A DNA stretch of 54,668 nt from an uncultured Enterobacterales bacterium (GTDB taxonomy: Bacteria; Pseudomonadota; Gammaproteobacteria; Enterobacterales; Psychrobiaceae), in NCBI GenBank assembly GCA_937981905.1, contig CALJMY010000156.1:1-54668 (forward strand), written 5' to 3'. Below, piece after piece: positions 52,077 through 54,668 of the stretch; within the stretch, counting starts at the first letter, position 1, and each line of letters starts with the position of its first letter. The notes beneath the pieces were generated by a model that saw only the letters and a list, made by a program, of their open reading frames with translations, searched no databases and was not told where the DNA came from. The position numbers and the translations under genes are program-made.

Positions 52077-52805
52077 TTAAAGGTTCATTAAACGATTTTT
52101 CCTGTTAAGTAAGTCTCTTATATTTGATTGCGAGGCAATTGCCATGTAGATCGCTTGCATATAATTTTTATCATGAAGGCTTTTTAATACATCACTGCTA
52201 AGTTCTTTAAGCTTATCTTCATTAATGGTATAAAAACCAATCATTTGATGTTTAGAACGATCGTTGAGTTCAACATCTAAATTAAAAGACTCTAATAGAT
52301 TATGCTCAAGTAATGTTTCAACGAAAACTTTATCATCTTCAACACCATGATGTAGTGTTTCTAAAACGTCAGCAGCATTATCTAAATAAGGAGTGTTGCC
52401 ACCAAACTCTAAAAATAATGCTTCACCTTCTGAGGTATTAACTTTGGGATTATTTAAGTCTATTTGCAACACTCTATGCTGCTTTTGGATGCCATCTTCT
52501 GTGATATTTTGGACGCCAATTAAGAACGGTTGACGCTGTACTGAAAGTGGGACATAAGCAGCATCCCATTTTTTATCGACCAAAAATAAATTTTCTTGTT
52601 CAGTGAAACCAAATATTGCAGTAGAAAAAAAATGTCCTGTGTTGGCATCTTTTAGGAAAAATATTGGGTAATAAGCTTGTATACTCCTAAATTCCATAGG
52701 GAATGTCATCGAATACCAAATATTATCACCATACTCTGCAGAGCGTTCTGTTATTATTTTTAAATCTTTGTGATCAATATTGTTTACTAATGCATGTGTA
52801 CTCAT
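52077..52805 (-). CDS. SapC family protein
   Basis: LVNNIDHKDLKI, EF.......YPIFF.K, ENLFL...WDAAYVP.....QPF, G..LF...G..TPYL, GFYTINEDKL. Confidence 0.85.
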   Translation of the reverse strand: MSTHALVNNIDHKDLKIITERSAEYGDNIWYSMTFPMEFRSIQAYYPIFFLKDANTGHFFSTAIFGFTEQENLFLVDKKWDAAYVPLSVQRQPFLIGVQNITEDGIQKQHRVLQIDLNNPKVNTSEGEALFLEFGGNTPYLDNAADVLETLHHGVEDDKVFVETLLEHNLLESFNLDVELNDRSKHQMIGFYTINEDKLKELSSDVLKSLHDKNYMQAIYMAIASQSNIRDLLNRKNRLMNL

Positions 52806-52849
52806 TTGAACTCCTGAATATAGTGTTTATTATTATTTTAAATTTTCGT

Positions 52850-54412
52850 TTATATTTTAGGTAAACCAAATTGTTCTATTTTATCAATAAGTGCTCTATT
52901 ACTTGATAATATTGATGCTAATTGTTGACTACGTTGAGCGTTTTCTTTAAATAATTGTTCAGCGAGATTAGATTGATTTATTCTTTTTGTGTTTTTTATA
53001 TTTTCTGTAACAAACCCCATCCCATAGAGAATATATTGCATACTTGCAGATGGGAATAACTCATCAACACTATCATTATCATAATGATATGGTGATTGAT
53101 ACTGCCATAAATTAAGTTGTTCTTGTAGGCTATCAGGTATGCTTGATGGATTGCGATGATCAAGCCAATAACTTGAATCAACTCTATCGCTTAAAACGTA
53201 ATGGAGTTTGAGGAAGTCGATAATTTTTTGCCAATGACGTAAAAATTTATCATTAAAACGTTTAGCGATGATATCCATGATCTTTCGATTGGCAGGAAGT
53301 TGTTCGCTAATCATTTTTGCTGATAGTTCAACCAATGCCAAGGATGAAGCTTCTAAGGGTTCGATAAAACCTGCAGACATACCAACAGCAACACAGTTTT
53401 TATGCCAAAACTCTTTTCTATGACTTGGTTCTACCGCAATTTTTTTGATTGCGATTGATTCAGCTAATTTTTTTCCTACTGTGGGGGTGATATATTGTCT
53501 AAGTGCTTTTTCAGCACTGTCATGATCTGTATGAGCGCTCGAATAAGTGTGGCCTACACCACGACGGGAAGTTAATCCTATATCCCATATCCAACCAGCA
53601 CTTTGTGCTGTTGATAAAGTATGTGATGAAATAGGGCTATTTTCTTCAGGGTAGGGCAAATGCAATGCCATCGCAGCATTATTAAAAAGTATTGAACTCT
53701 TATCGACTAGAGGTACATTAAAGTGTTTACCTAATAATAATGAAGCACCGCCGCTACAATCAATAAATAAATCACCAGTAATGTCTCCTGTTAACTTGGT
53801 GGTTAACGAAGCTATGTCACCATTTTCAGCCGAATTGATATTAATTACGTGATCACGTACATGTTTAACACCGAGTTTCGATATACAATGTTGCTGTAAA
53901 AACTGACTAAATTTTCCTGCATCTAAATGGTAGCCATAATTGTTATTAAACGAATATTGTGCTGTTGAAATTTGTTTTGGCGCTAGGCCTAGATCACATA
54001 TATAGCTTTGTGTAGTTACAGCATTAGCAAAACTAACTTGCTCCCGAAAAGGCTGCCAAAATTCAGCTAAGTTAATATCATTATAACCATGAGGTAGTGA
54101 AAAAGGATGGTAGTAATTATCATCGCTCTGACTATTATTATTTTTCCAACCAGAAAATTTTGAACCTTGTTTGAAGCTAGCATCACAGGCAAGTAAAAAG
54201 TCACTTTCTTTAATCCCCATTTTTTTTAAGCTATTACGCATCGAAGGCCAAGTGCCTTCACCAACGCCTACCGTTGGGACATCGGGTGATTCGATCAAAA
54301 TAATTTCTAGACTAGAATCATCAACTAAATGTTCGGCAGCAATAATACCAGCTGTTAGCCACCCAGCGGATCCTCCACCTACAATGATAATTTTTTTTAG
54401 AGGCTTGTTCAT
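52850..54412 (-). CDS. Flavin-dependent halogenase (tryptophan halogenase family), copy A
   Basis: GGGSAGW, GVGEGTWP, ASFKQG (catalytic Lys position), WIWDIG (variant of WxWxIP), FIEPLEASS. Confidence 0.88.
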   Translation of the reverse strand: MNKPLKKIIIVGGGSAGWLTAGIIAAEHLVDDSSLEIILIESPDVPTVGVGEGTWPSMRNSLKKMGIKESDFLLACDASFKQGSKFSGWKNNNSQSDDNYYHPFSLPHGYNDINLAEFWQPFREQVSFANAVTTQSYICDLGLAPKQISTAQYSFNNNYGYHLDAGKFSQFLQQHCISKLGVKHVRDHVININSAENGDIASLTTKLTGDITGDLFIDCSGGASLLLGKHFNVPLVDKSSILFNNAAMALHLPYPEENSPISSHTLSTAQSAGWIWDIGLTSRRGVGHTYSSAHTDHDSAEKALRQYITPTVGKKLAESIAIKKIAVEPSHRKEFWHKNCVAVGMSAGFIEPLEASSLALVELSAKMISEQLPANRKIMDIIAKRFNDKFLRHWQKIIDFLKLHYVLSDRVDSSYWLDHRNPSSIPDSLQEQLNLWQYQSPYHYDNDSVDELFPSASMQYILYGMGFVTENIKNTKRINQSNLAEQLFKENAQRSQQLASILSSNRALIDKIEQFGLPKI

Positions 54413-54534
54413 AAAAATACCTTACTACAACCAGTTAAAGTTAAAAACTTTTCTAAAATAGACTGATATAAATACTCAAACTGTTTTGAGAAGTTTTTGA
54501 GAAACATTTGATAGTGTTACTTATAATCTATTAA

Positions 54535-54570
54535 TAAGTCACTAAGTTATGCGAATAACTTAGTGACTTA
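54535..54570 (-). terminator. 16-bp perfect stem-loop after the TonB-dependent receptor gene (attenuating/stabilising hairpin)
   Basis: TAAGTCACTAAGTTAT-gcga-ATAACTTAGTGACTTA; no long U tract on the minus strand. Confidence 0.65.
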
Positions 54571-54594
54571 GTGTTACATTTCTATTTAATTAGC

Positions 54595-54668
54595 TTAGAA
54601 AGTATAACGTAAACCTAAACCGTAACGTGCACCGGTTTGAGTAACATTAAGTACTTGATACTTAGAAC
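54595..54668 (-). CDS. 3' end of a probable TonB-dependent outer membrane receptor (partial)
   Basis: Manual translation ...SKYQVLNVTQTGARYGLGLRYTF*. The terminal beta-strand with G-x-R-Y-x-x-G-x-R-Y-x-F is the typical TBDR C-terminus. Not in the ORF track. Confidence 0.8.
   Translation of the reverse strand, partial: SKYQVLNVTQTGARYGLGLRYTF

Noticed and set aside
49480-54412. Calling the halogenases prnA or a pyrrolnitrin cluster
   Set aside because: No prnB/C/D homologs are present and tryptophan specificity cannot be inferred from family membership, so no gene symbol was assigned.
2712-54461. Numerous 60-160 aa ORFs antisense or out of frame to recognised genes (e.g. 2712-3035, 5633-5905, 15487-15957, 22662-23072, 28822-29142, 32250-32699, 50039-50494, 54171-54461)
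   Set aside because: They overlap well-supported genes, show no motifs and have typical antisense-shadow composition.
1-54668. tRNA, rRNA, IS elements, integrases, prophage genes
   Set aside because: None recognised in the ORF set or intergenic regions by eye.

Overview
This is an AT-rich chromosomal segment of a marine-type gammaproteobacterium (Alteromonadales-like gene content and order; genus not determinable here). About 1-36.6 kb is mostly core genome: nupC, elaA, aroH, aspC, ompA-family, glnS, yoaA-tsaB-...-fadD-rnd, minCDE, ycgL-mltB-like-ycgN, dsbB-nhaB, fadR, sodB, grxD, peroxiredoxin, rne-rluC-HAD hydrolase. It also holds two decayed genes absent from the ORF track (a collapsed CHASE/PAS/GGDEF/EAL gene and half of an LMW phosphatase), an apparently catalytically dead lytic transglycosylase, and a 39-bp x ~16-17 tandem repeat inside rne. 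From ~36.7 kb the region is accessory: a lone PL6 lyase lipoprotein, two very AT-rich orphan membrane proteins, and a LacI-controlled beta-glucan (laminarin-type) operon (GluP transporter, GH3, GH16). Converging on that operon is a cassette of TonB-dependent receptor (3' end only, at the window edge), flavin-dependent halogenase, SapC, JmjC-like cupin, second halogenase, DUF6445-like Fe/2OG oxygenase and secreted polysaccharide deacetylase. That cassette is the best candidate for a functionally undescribed system. All calls come from reading motifs by eye; no database searches were run.
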